DNA of 64,000 bases from a virus (taxonomy: Duplodnaviria; Caudoviricetes): the IMG/VR virus record IMGVR_UViG_3300021400_000134; one strand, written 5' to 3'. The notes under the pieces were generated by a model. It was given only the letters and a program-made list of their open reading frames with translations, had not been told where the DNA came from and made no database searches. Shown one piece after another: positions 11,931-21,887 of this stretch. The position numbers and the translations under genes are program-made. Numbering within the stretch: position 1 is the first letter of the stretch; each line of letters starts with the position of its first letter.

Positions 11931-13001
11931 ATGGCTGTTTATGTAGGAAGTAGTTGAGTAGAATTAGATAGATGGTCTGATGCTACTGGTTATGGTAATA
12001 ATGCTGAATGAAGACTAATGGCATATTCCAGACAAGGCGATGCAACAAGCAATAGTTCAACAGTTTATTTTAAATGACAGGTAAGTTGTTCTACCGGCTC
12101 TGTTTATAATTATGATGCTCATTATTCGAGTGTTTCTGGTACTGGCCCAATGGGGGACGGTCATAATGCAACACAAACCTGAGCTTTTGGAAGTGTACCT
12201 GATACGAGTTGGCATGAAGTTACTGGCGATTCTTCTGATATGTATTGGTCAGGATTGAAACATAGGGCAGATGGAACTTGTTCTCTTACTCTAAATGCTT
12301 CTGGTACAAGGTGGAATAATTCTAGTTTTAGTACAAATATTAGTATTACTTTACCGACAATTAGTAGAACCTATACTGTTTCATACAATGCTAATGGAGG
12401 AACAGGCGCCCCAAATAGTCAAACAAAAACGCAAAATGTTACTTTAACATTATCAAGTACAAAACCGACGAGAACCGGTTATACTTTTTCTAAATGAAAT
12501 ACCAAAGCAGACGGTTCTGGCACTAACTATAATCCAGGAGCATCTTACACTACTAATGCTGCACTTACGCTATACGCGCAATGAACAATTAATACCTATA
12601 CAATTACTATTAACCCTAATGGCGGTTCATTTACTTCAAGCAAAAATAGCACAGCGCAATCAACGGCTCAATCTTATACAGTAAATTATGGCAGTAGTAT
12701 TACAAATATTACTGCAAGTCGTTCTGGTTATATGCCAGCTGGATGATTTACTGAGTCTTCTGGTGGAACAAAAGTTATAAACAATGGTGGAAGTTTAAAT
12801 TCAATTTCTTCATCTCGTACTATATATGCACAATGGACAAAAGAAGACCCCCCACCAGACCCAATTTATGATGTTTATACAAAAATTGGCGGAACATGGG
12901 TGCCAGGAGTGATTTGAATTAAAGTTAACGATGTTTGGTATAGAGGCTTAGAAACAACTCTAAAAGTTAGTGGTTCTTGAAGAAAAATGAAAGCGCAATA
13001 G
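11931..13001 (+). CDS. Virion protein with InlB B-repeat / Listeria-Bacteroides repeat domains (TGA=Trp)
   Basis: YTVSYNANGGTGAP...PTRTGYTFSK(W)NTKADGSG...LTLYAQ(W); conserved repeat Trp positions are TGA; ends TAG. Confidence 0.8.
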
Positions 13002-13017
13002 AGAAAGGTGGTAGAAT

Positions 13018-13674
13018 ATGGCAGCGGTTAAACAAATTAAAATTGGAAACACAAATTATGATTTAAAAGCTCTCAATGCTGCTAATCAAAACCAAAGTGG
13101 TGCAGTAGTAAGAGATATACAATATGGCACTGCAGCTCCAACAGGCGGTTCTGCGGGACAGATGTATTTACAATATGTTAATACAGATACTGAAAATTTA
13201 TATTTATACGCAGAAGATACCGCTGCAGATACTACAGGAGTGGCTGATAAATATTACAGTAAAAGTGAAGTTGATGCTATGATTGCTAATCTTACTAATA
13301 AAACAACCTGACATAACTATGCTTGAGGAGGCAATACATCTTCAGGTCAAACTGTAACTATTACATGTTCTGGTCCTGGCTTTATTATAATTTCAGCTTT
13401 TATTAGAGCTAATAATAGTACAGATAACTATGGTCTTTTAGCTACCTCTATATCTAAATCAGATAATAATGGTTCTTCTTGGAACGAAATTTCTAGAGAA
13501 GAACATAGAAAACATGGATCAGGTTATTCTATAGCTCCTGCTGCTTTTGCTTCAACAGGAACTTCTACTTCAAGTGCTACAAGATTTAAAATTGAATTTA
13601 ATAGGTCTTATGAGGGAACTCATTATTGAAGAATAGAGGTTCTTTCTGTTGGATGTACTGTAACTAAATTATAA
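13018..13674 (+). CDS. Putative receptor-binding/tail fibre protein, paralog of 15246-15902 (TGA=Trp)
   Basis: MAAVKQIKIGNTNYDLKALNAANQNQS N-terminus shared with 15246; reads through TGA to TAA. Confidence 0.7.
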
Positions 13675-13688
13675 GAGGATAATCGATT

Positions 13689-14105
13689 ATGGCACAAAAC
13701 AAGTATATTAAGCAAAATGGTGAAGTAATATACCCTATTACGAAAACTGAAAATGTATTAAATAAAGCTGGATTGGATTGTTTTGGTTGATGTAATGGCA
13801 TAATGTGATGTTACGCAACTAGAAGTTCTACCAGTACGGTAGATTGAACTTTAAATGCAAATTTTGGTTCTAATGGAATAAAGATTAATACTTTAAAGAT
13901 GGATGGAACTGTGCAAAGGGTTACTTTTACGTCATCTTTAGCTTCAACAAACTATGGGGTTTGAGTTTCAGCAGAAGTTGGTGGAACAGCCAGCGAAATT
14001 CTTGGCGTATATGGTAGAACTACAAGTGGTTTTGCCATCGATTGTGCGAATTATAATGGAGCTGCAACTCAACCAGTCCAAATAAGTATTTTAATTATAT
14101 ATTAA
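13689..14105 (+). CDS. Small tail-associated protein (TGA=Trp), N-terminus paralogous to 15908
   Basis: GAGG RBS; MAQNKYIKQNGEVIYP vs MAQIQYLKKNGELIYP; not in ORF track. Confidence 0.65.
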
Positions 14106-14125
14106 TTAAAGAAAGGTGATAGAAT

Positions 14126-14215
14126 ATGGCGGCTGTAAAACAGATAAAAATAGGTAATATTAATTATAATATGCTGCTATATTTAACAGTTTACATGTGA
14201 AGAAGAACGGCATAA
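14126..14215 (+). pseudogene. 29-aa chimeric remnant of an internally deleted tail gene
   Basis: MAAVKQIKIGNINY fused to NMLLYLTVYM(W)RRTA*, i.e. the first and last ~14 residues of neighbouring paralogs; RBS retained. Confidence 0.7.
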
Positions 14216-14231
14216 CTAAAGGAGGTAAGAC

Positions 14232-15236
14232 ATGGCTACACTTGGAACTTCATGAACTAATATAGGAAGTCAAAGTTTCTCTGTTGGCGGTTATGGTCAT
14301 ACCGCCTACATATATGCAAAATTAAACCATCAATCTGGATTAACCTCTTATATTGATTTAGAATTAAGAATTAATTATAGTGTTTGATTACAATCTTATG
14401 ATACAGACTTTTATTTAACCGGTTATGGATGATTAGGCTATGCCTATAGAGAATGAATGAGTGCTGGAACATATACGATTATGTCTTCTAGCATAACGGT
14501 AGGACATGACTCAAATGGAAATGCATCCTTTGCAGCTCAAGGTGGTTATGAATACAAAGGAATGGGTGTCAGCGCAACCACATTCTGAAGTAGTACCTAT
14601 AGTCTGCCTAAAATTACTGTAAATTATACAGTAACTTATAATGCGAACGGTGGTTCTGGCCAACCTGGAAACCAGACCAAAGTTCATGGAACAAATTTGA
14701 CATTATCTTCAACTAAACCTAGTTGAAGTGGACATACATTTAAACATTGAAATACTGCGGCGAATGGTTCTGGTACATCTTATAATCCAGGAGGAACATA
14801 TTCTACAAATGCGAATGTTACATTATATGCACAATGAGATAATGAAACATATACAATTACATACAATGCAAATGGAGGAGATGGCGCGCCAGATACTTCA
14901 ACTAAAGTTTATGGTAGTCCAATGAGATTATCTACAATAACCCCAACGAGAGCAGGGTATACGTTTTTTAGATGAAATACTGCTTCTGATGGAACTGGAC
15001 AAGATTTTAGTCCAGGTGGATTATTTGGAATAGATGCCACTACAACATTATATGCTATTTGAATACCGAATGGTACTGCGCCGACTGGTTTGTTTGATTG
15101 CTACACTGCAATCAAAGGAGCTGGACAATATACTCCTTGCTTTATATGGATTAAAGTAGGAAGTACGTGATATTTTGTTAAAAAAACTGCGGTAAATGTC
15201 GGCGGGACATGGAAAACTGTAAGTAACAAAGGATAG
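14232..15236 (+). CDS. Second InlB B-repeat virion protein (TGA=Trp), paralog of 11931-13001
   Basis: GGAGG RBS; YTVTYNANGGSGQP...PS(W)SGHTFKH(W)NTAANGSG...TLYAQ(W); ends TAG. Confidence 0.75.
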
Positions 15237-15245
15237 GAGGAGAAT

Positions 15246-15902
15246 ATGGCAGCTGTAAAACAGATTAAGATAGGTAATACAAACTACGATTTAAAAGCAT
15301 TGAATGCGGCTAATCAAAATCAATCAAATGCTGTTGTAAGAGATGTCCAGTATGGAACAGCTACTCCTACTGGCGGAAGTGCTGGTCAAATATATTTACA
15401 ATATACTAATACAGATACCACCAATCCCTATGTTTATGCTGAGGATACTCCTGGAACTGAAGTTAATGTCAGTGATAAATATTACAGTAAAACTGAGGTT
15501 GATAATAAATTTGCTTGAAAAAAATTTGGTTCACATAGTGGAGCAGATAATTGAGATATAACTTCTTGTTGAAACCAATGTCAAGAATTATATATTGTTG
15601 TTAGTAAATACTTTAGAGGTTCTAACACTTCAGCGAATGAAGTCATAGAATTACAATGTCACGTATTAAAACAGCAGGTTGAAGAAGATTGGACTAGTTC
15701 ATACAATACTGGAAAAATTGTATTTATTCCAGCTGGAAATAGATATAATAATAATCAAGGAAATAGCAGTATTTGAAATGCCCTTTTTAGATTACATAAT
15801 GGTAATGGTAATGTTTATCTTCAGTTAAACGAATTATTTTGTGTATCACTCGCTTCAACAAATCAGAATGGCTCAGGGTATTATATATTATATTGAAGGT
15901 AA
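15246..15902 (+). CDS. Putative receptor-binding/tail fibre protein, paralog of 13018 (TGA=Trp)
   Basis: Conserved ~90-aa N-terminus, unrelated C-terminus; reads through TGA to TAA 15900-15902. Confidence 0.7.
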
Positions 15903-15907
15903 TTATT

Positions 15908-16384
15908 ATGGCACAAATACAATATTTAAAAAAGAATGGGGAATTAATATATCCTCATATTTCAGTTGACCAAATATACCCAGTGGGGAGTATTTATATG
16001 AGCATAAATAACGCGAATCCTGAAGACCTTTTTGGTGGAACATGGGAACAGATCCAGGGAAGATTTTTACTTGCAGCTGGTGGTGGTTATAATGCCGGTG
16101 CAACTGGAGGAGAAGCTAATCATACGTTAACCTCTAACGAAATGCCAAGTCATTATCACTCTTTTCAATGGTCTGCTTCTAATTCTGAATATGATGCTGG
16201 AGTTAGTGGTAGTACAAATCCTTGAAATTTTGGTAATTTAACAGATGAAGGACATTCTGTTATGGTACACTGAACATATAATGGTAGTGAAAGGCAGGGT
16301 AATACCAGCAGCACCGGCGGAGGCGCAGCACATAACAATATGCCACCATATTTAGTAGTATATGTTTGAAAAAGAACAGCTTAA
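15908..16384 (+). CDS. gp10-C/tail-collar-like domain protein (TGA=Trp)
   Basis: YPVGSIYMSINNANPEDLFGGTWEQIQGRFLLAAG...HNNMPPYLVVYV(W)KRTA; TAA. Confidence 0.75.
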
Positions 16385-16593
16385 TTAATAAGATCGAGGA
16401 AATACTAGATGAGCTTTTGTCTTTAAAATTGCTGATGGATCAGTGGATGCACATATTGATTAAAATAAAATATAATAGTAGATTTAATTTGGACAGGTTT
16501 ATATAATTTTGCCTGCCCATTTTTTATTTATAATGTACCGAGGGAAGGTACTCAATAGAAAAGTTTTACTAATAATGGAAAGGAAGTAAAGTT

Positions 16594-16974
16594 ATGATGA
16601 ATTATTCAGGATACCCTGCTCCAACGTATCCAACTTATGGAGCAATGGGTCAACAACAACTTTATACCCAGAGACAAGAAGTGGTTAGGGTCAATGGGCG
16701 AAATGGTGCAAATGCTTATCAAATGGCGCCAAATAGTAGTATACTACTTTTAGATGAGACTGCACCAATTATTTGGTTAAAAACAACAGACGGAGCATCA
16801 TATCCAACAGTAACTGGATATACGATTACTCCAATTGAAACTCAAGCAACAACTACGGCGAGTGTAGATTATTCAGCTTTAGAAGAAAGAATATCAAAAT
16901 TAGAAGAGGCATTCAATGCAAGGAAATCCGATGCTTCAGATTCTAAACCAATCAAGACCATTAATAAACAATAA
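16594..16974 (+). CDS. Hypothetical protein (conserved Firmicutes phage cluster, gene 1)
   Basis: ORF with RBS; VNGRNGANAYQMAPNSSILLLDET..IWLKTTDG. Confidence 0.6.
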   Translation: MMNYSGYPAPTYPTYGAMGQQQLYTQRQEVVRVNGRNGANAYQMAPNSSILLLDETAPIIWLKTTDGASYPTVTGYTITPIETQATTTASVDYSALEERISKLEEAFNARKSDASDSKPIKTINKQ

Positions 16975-17155
16975 TATGGTCTCAATGATAAAAAACTCGC
17001 CTAATCCTCAAGTTTTGCTAAATAATTTATTGGCGCAAAATCCTAAAGTATCTGGATTAATAAATCAATATGGCGGTGATGCAAGAACCGCTTTTTATGC
17101 GCTTGCGCAACAAAAGGGGGTAGACCCTAATTCAATATTAGACATGTTAAAATAA
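16916..17155 (+). CDS. Hypothetical Gln/Asn-rich protein (cluster gene 2)
   Basis: GAGG RBS; NPMLQ...AFYALAQQKGVDP. Confidence 0.6.
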   Translation: MQGNPMLQILNQSRPLINNNMVSMIKNSPNPQVLLNNLLAQNPKVSGLINQYGGDARTAFYALAQQKGVDPNSILDMLK

Positions 17156-17209
17156 GTCAACCTAATTAGTAAGACTTAACTATTGAATTACTAATTAGGA
17201 GGATTTAAA

Positions 17210-17875
17210 ATGGAAAATGGAAGTTTATCAGCTAGTGATGTTGCTTTACTCAGTGATCGCAATGGTTATGGTGACATGTGGGGCGGCAATTCCATGATGT
17301 GGATTTTTGCTTTATTGATTCTTGCTGGTGGCGGCTTTAATGGTTGGGGTAACAACGGCTTCGCTAACGCAATCGGTTATGAAAACTTGGCAACACAATC
17401 ACAAGTAGATCGTGGTTTTGATACCCAGAATATGATGGCAAATCAAAGAGAAACTCTTGCTGCTGTCAATGCTGGAACCGCACAAGCAGTAGCCGCAACT
17501 AATCAGACATTCCATGACACAGTTAATGCTTTAAGTGATAAATATAGTGAACTTGCTAGAGATATCAGTGGCTTAGCTGTTGGTCAGGCTAATTTGTTAG
17601 CAAAAGAAAATGAATGTTGCTGCCAGACACTTCGCGCAATTGATGGTGTAAATTATGCGAATGCTTTAAATACAGCTGCAATTAATGAAAACACAACTGC
17701 GCAGACTCAGAAAATCCTAGATGCTATTACTGGTAATCGTATGGCTGACATGCAAAATCAAATTAACCAATTACAGCTTCAGCAAGCTGTTGCTGGTGTA
17801 GTTCGCTACCCAAGTGCTAGCACTTATTACGCAGGAACAAATCCGTTCTGCGCTTGCGGTGGAGCAACACTTTAA
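17210..17875 (+). CDS. Hypothetical membrane-anchored coiled-coil protein with CCC motif (cluster gene 3)
   Basis: Strong RBS; Gly-rich hydrophobic segment, ECCCQT, C-terminal PFCACG. Confidence 0.65.
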   Translation: MENGSLSASDVALLSDRNGYGDMWGGNSMMWIFALLILAGGGFNGWGNNGFANAIGYENLATQSQVDRGFDTQNMMANQRETLAAVNAGTAQAVAATNQTFHDTVNALSDKYSELARDISGLAVGQANLLAKENECCCQTLRAIDGVNYANALNTAAINENTTAQTQKILDAITGNRMADMQNQINQLQLQQAVAGVVRYPSASTYYAGTNPFCACGGATL

Positions 17876-17885
17876 TATGTAAATG

Positions 17886-17919
17886 AAGGGCGACTATTTA
17901 AGTTGCCCTTTTTATTTTT
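17886..17919 (+). terminator. Rho-independent terminator
   Basis: AAGGGCGACT/AGTTGCCCTT stem + T-run. Confidence 0.8.
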
Positions 17920-17953
17920 AATCAAAAGGGAAAAGTTTAGGAGGAATGATTAA

Positions 17954-18364
17954 ATGTTAGAAGTATATTCTAAAAATGTAACAGTTGCGGAAAATGGAAT
18001 AATTCCACTAACTACCGTAGCTTTAGTTAAAGGAACAAGCACTCAATTATTAGGCACATCTACAATTCAGTTTAACAAATGCGGAATTTATGAAGTTACA
18101 GTATCTGGTAGTGTAACTGGAAGTGCGGCCGGAGAGATTGTAATCCAGCTTGAGAAAAATGGTGTTGTCCAGCCTCAAGCCGTATCATTAGCAACTGCCG
18201 CAGATGCAACTTCAATAATTCCATTTAGTTTTACAACTTTAATTCAAGTTCCAGATAGTAATAACATCAATTGCCCTTGTTCAACAACAACAACCATTTA
18301 TTTAAGAAATGCGGGAATTGAAGATACATATAATACAATTACTGTAACCGCAGTCCGCATTTAA
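17954..18364 (+). CDS. Beta-sandwich (BclA-C/C1q-like) protein (cluster gene 4)
   Basis: GIYEVTVSG...FSFTTLIQV pattern; family call tentative. Confidence 0.5.
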   Translation: MLEVYSKNVTVAENGIIPLTTVALVKGTSTQLLGTSTIQFNKCGIYEVTVSGSVTGSAAGEIVIQLEKNGVVQPQAVSLATAADATSIIPFSFTTLIQVPDSNNINCPCSTTTTIYLRNAGIEDTYNTITVTAVRI

Positions 18365-18378
18365 TAAAGAGGTGCAAT

Positions 18379-18939
18379 ATGACACTTGAAGAGATTTATT
18401 CTGAATTAAGTGCCCATATGATAAAGGGTCTAATGGTTCATGACCAAATGGCTAAATATTACTGTTTTTTAAGTCTAAAAGGCTATGCAAAATGTCATAC
18501 CTATCATTATCTTTGTGAAAATAAAGATTATATGGAATTAAATCATTATTATCACAAACATCATAATAGACTAATAAAAGAAAAGCCTATATCAGACCCA
18601 AAATTGATTCCAAATGCATGATATGCATATCAAAGGGTAGATGTTGATGCAACAACCAAGAGGAATGCTGTTAAAACCGGCATGGAGAAATGAATAGAAT
18701 GAGAAACAGAAACTTTAACATTATATTCTAAGATGTATAAAGAATTATTTGCTCTTGGAGAAATTGCGGATGCTGAATATGTTGCTTGTTTAATAAAAGA
18801 GGTAGATGAAGAATTAGCGCAAGCAAATTCTTTATATATAAAAAAGAAAACCTGTGATTTCGATATTAGCGCAATCATGGGCGATCAAGAAGAAAAGTTT
18901 AAAGAATACTATGAAAAAATAGAAGAAATTTGGAGGTAA
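18379..18939 (+). CDS. Ferritin-like four-helix protein (186 aa, three TGA=Trp)
   Basis: Fragments 18379 and 18733 are in frame; His/Glu-rich helices; K(W)IE(W)ETETL. Confidence 0.6.
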
Positions 18940-18943
18940 AACT

Positions 18944-20875
18944 ATGGCTTTAAAAGGGATTGATATCAGCAATTGGCAAAACGGAATTAACTTATCTACT
19001 GTCAAGGCTGATTTCGTAATCATCAAATCTTCTGAAGGTATTGGATGGACAGACCCAGCTTTTAAACAATTATTCGCTGCTGCGAAAAAAACAAGTAAAA
19101 AATTGGGGGTTTATCATTTCGCGCGACCAACCGCTGATAACGATCCAATTAAAGAAGCTGAGAGTTTTGTTAACATTATTAAGCCAGAAGGTGTTATTGG
19201 TAAAGCTTTACTTGTTCTTGACTGGGAGGCTGAAAATCAGCATAACACAGCTTGGGCAAAATCTTGGTTAGATAAAGTATATGCGCTAACTGGTGTAAAA
19301 CCTATGATTTACATGAGTGAAAGTGTGGTTAATGCTTATAACTGGGATGCAGTTGCTAACGCTGGATATGAGCTCTGAGTCGCCAAGTATTGAGACAACG
19401 CACCTGATTATAATTATGATATGTCTAATGCTGGCAATAAGCCATCAATTAGTCATTGGAAAAATTATAAAATGTGGCAATGGACTTCTACTGGAAGATT
19501 AGATGGTTATGATGGCAATTTAGATTGCAACGAGTTCTATGGAACAGCTGCGGATTGGGATAAATTAGTAAATGCCGCAGGAAAGAAAGAAGAACCAAAA
19601 AAGGAAGAAACAACTGAAACAACAACAATTGAAATTCCAGGATATTCAACAAATGTAGTCATGAGTCCAACAGATTGGTTCAATATGACTTATGGTCATA
19701 GCTATGATATTGATGGCTACTATGGTGCCCAGTGCTGGGATTACTTTGCATATTTCGTACAATATACTGGCATTGGTGTAAGCACATACTGTGCATTAAC
19801 TCACTATGTTGGTGACTTATGGACATTAAAAGACCAGTATGGTTATTCAGAACATTTTGAATATATTACAAATCCTAATGCATTACAAAATGGTGACTGG
19901 TTAATCTGGCCTCAGGGCTCTTCTAACCCATTATCACATGTCGCAATGTATTGGAATGGCCAGATTTTAGGCCAGAACCAGGGTGGAGCAAGAATTGTTA
20001 CTTTGGCTAACGCATATTTCGACATTGCTGGTGCATTAAGATGGAAAGGTTGGAATGGCGGAGGCGGTTCTCCAGCAGAGAAAATCAATCTTAAGAATTA
20101 CACTGATGCGGAATTAGCTCGCATGGTTATTGCTGGCAGATTCGGAAATGGCGATACAAGAAAGAAACTTCTTGGAACTCGTTATGATGGCGTTCAGGAT
20201 ATGGTTAACCGCATCTTAAATGGTGAAGCAGTAGATCTAAAAGACAATGAAACAGTCGCACGCGAAGTCATCCAGGGCCTATGGGGCAATGGAGACGACC
20301 GTTATAACAGATTAACTGCTGCTGGATATAACTATGATGCAGTTCAGAATCTTGTAAATCAAATCTTAAATGGCGGCGGAGGTTCTTCAAAGAAATCTAT
20401 TGATGAAATTGCTCAAGAAGTTCTTGCCGGCATCTGAGGTAATGGTGATGACCGTTATAACGCATTAACAAATGCTGGTTATGACTACAACGCAGTTCAG
20501 GCTCGTGTAAATGAATTATTAGGATATGGCACAGCCAAAGATTCTAATGAAACAGTCGCTGACCAAGTAATCGCAGGATTATGAGGAAATGGCGATGACC
20601 GCTACAATAGATTGACTGCTGCTGGATATGATTACAACACAATCCAGGCAATTGTTAATCAGAAACTTGGATATGGCGGTGGTGCAAGCATTGGTGTTGG
20701 TTCTAATATTCGCATTGGCTACAACGCTACTGACTTAAACAGCGGAACATTCTATGCTCCATTTGTTTATCAGAATGTATACCAGGTATTTGAAATCAGC
20801 GGCCGCAGAGTAGTATTTGGCACTAATGGAACAGTAATTGGTGCTACCGATATTGGTAATGTATCATTAGCATAA
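18944..20875 (+). CDS. Modular endolysin: GH25 muramidase + CHAP-like domain + CW_7 repeats (643 aa; four TGA=Trp)
   Basis: GIDISNWQ, GVYHFA, LVLDWE, L(W)VAKY(W), WQWTS..G.LD.N; AQCWDY...SHVAMY; repeats IQGLWGNGDDR / LAGI(W)GNGDDR / IAGL(W)GNGDDR. Confidence 0.9.
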
Positions 20876-20888
20876 GGAGGGTTTTAGC

Positions 20889-21218
20889 ATGGACAGTTTT
20901 TTCTCACTAATCGCTATTGCAACACTGATTGAAGCCCTTATTTCTTATGGTAAAACTATTGTCAATAAAGGCACAATCCAATGGCAAATTATTTTAGCGT
21001 TTATTATTGGAATTGTCTTTTGCTACGACACTGGTTTAAACTTCTTTGCAATGTTGGGCTTAAGCGAACAGTGGCCTATTATTGGGACATTAGCGACTGC
21101 TGTTACATTGTCTCGTGGTTCAAATTATATGTTTGAGTTTTATAATCAACTAACCACTTGGCGCAAACAAGCAACAGAACAAGCAAATAATAATAACAAC
21201 GGGGTTAGTTCTATTTAG
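20889..21218 (+). CDS. Putative holin
   Basis: Small multi-TM protein directly after the endolysin; LSRGSNYM motif. Confidence 0.65.
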   Translation: MDSFFSLIAIATLIEALISYGKTIVNKGTIQWQIILAFIIGIVFCYDTGLNFFAMLGLSEQWPIIGTLATAVTLSRGSNYMFEFYNQLTTWRKQATEQANNNNNGVSSI

Positions 21219-21236
21219 AACTAACCTCTTTTTTTG
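21201..21236 (+). terminator. Rho-independent terminator ending the lysis unit
   Basis: GGGGTTAGTTCTA/TAGAACTAACCTC stem + T-run. Confidence 0.8.
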
Positions 21237-21237
21237 T

Positions 21238-21266
21238 TTGACTTTTCTGGAAAAATTTTATATAAT
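21238..21266 (+). promoter_or_regulatory. Sigma-A-type promoter driving the hsp20-tRNA unit
   Basis: TTGACT-17-TATAAT. Confidence 0.75.
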
Positions 21267-21290
21267 AATCATTGTAAGGAGAAAAGACGA

Positions 21291-21467
21291 ATGAAGCTAT
21301 ATTTAAAAGATTATGAACAGTTAAAAACGGTAGAGAACTTCTTGTTCAGATTTATATATTCAAAGTCTTTTACCTTACAAATTTTTATAGAAGATACTAA
21401 TGACCAATTTAATTATGAAACAATTCATAACGATTTAGCTGGTGGATTAGTTCTTGTAACTTTTTAG
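21291..21467 (+). CDS. Small hypothetical protein
   Basis: AAGGAG RBS then ATG 21291 (track start 21234 lies upstream of the promoter). Confidence 0.55.
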   Translation: MKLYLKDYEQLKTVENFLFRFIYSKSFTLQIFIEDTNDQFNYETIHNDLAGGLVLVTF

Positions 21468-21481
21468 GAGGTATTTTTATT

Positions 21482-21853
21482 ATGATGTTTGATTATGATT
21501 CTTTTTTCAATTGGGATAAACCCGCTTACACTTTTAGTCGTTCAGTACATGATATGCATCCCTATTCTATTAAAACATTGGATGACAGGGTAGTATTGGT
21601 TCATAATATTGTCGGTGTTAAAGAAGACGATATTAAGGTTGATATTGTTAATAAAGATGGTAGAGACCAGCTTGTTATCGAGGGTGTAACTCATAACGAT
21701 TTGCTGAACTATGATTACAAAATTAATTCAAGATTCGATATTAAAGCAGATATGTTTAAGAATGTAACTTATTCTGTTGAAGATGGTTTGCTATATATCA
21801 ATCTATTTAAGAAAGAACCAGAAGCAACTAAATTAATAGTTACGAAAGCCTAG
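21482..21853 (+). CDS. Small heat-shock protein (Hsp20/alpha-crystallin domain)
   Basis: IVGVKEDDIKVDI...LVIEG...YSVEDGLLYINL pattern; 123 aa. Confidence 0.7.
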   Translation: MMFDYDSFFNWDKPAYTFSRSVHDMHPYSIKTLDDRVVLVHNIVGVKEDDIKVDIVNKDGRDQLVIEGVTHNDLLNYDYKINSRFDIKADMFKNVTYSVEDGLLYINLFKKEPEATKLIVTKA

Positions 21854-21887
21854 AGAATTTTTTAAAGAAGTTCTCTACTCTATTTAT

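Noticed and set aside
2481-16384. Decayed prophage / pseudogenised tail genes
   Set aside because: Interruptions are exclusively TGA, no frameshifts were seen, they fall at Trp positions, and RBSs and gene ends are intact
10964-16384. Diversity-generating retroelement or invertase shufflon acting on fibre genes
   Set aside because: No reverse transcriptase or recombinase in the window, no adenine-specific TR/VR pair noticed, and all cassettes are co-oriented
2481-20875. TGA=Gly (code 25) or a Mycoplasma-type code-4 host
   Set aside because: TGA aligns with TGG in internal repeats; peptidoglycan hydrolases imply a walled host; replication genes lack TGA
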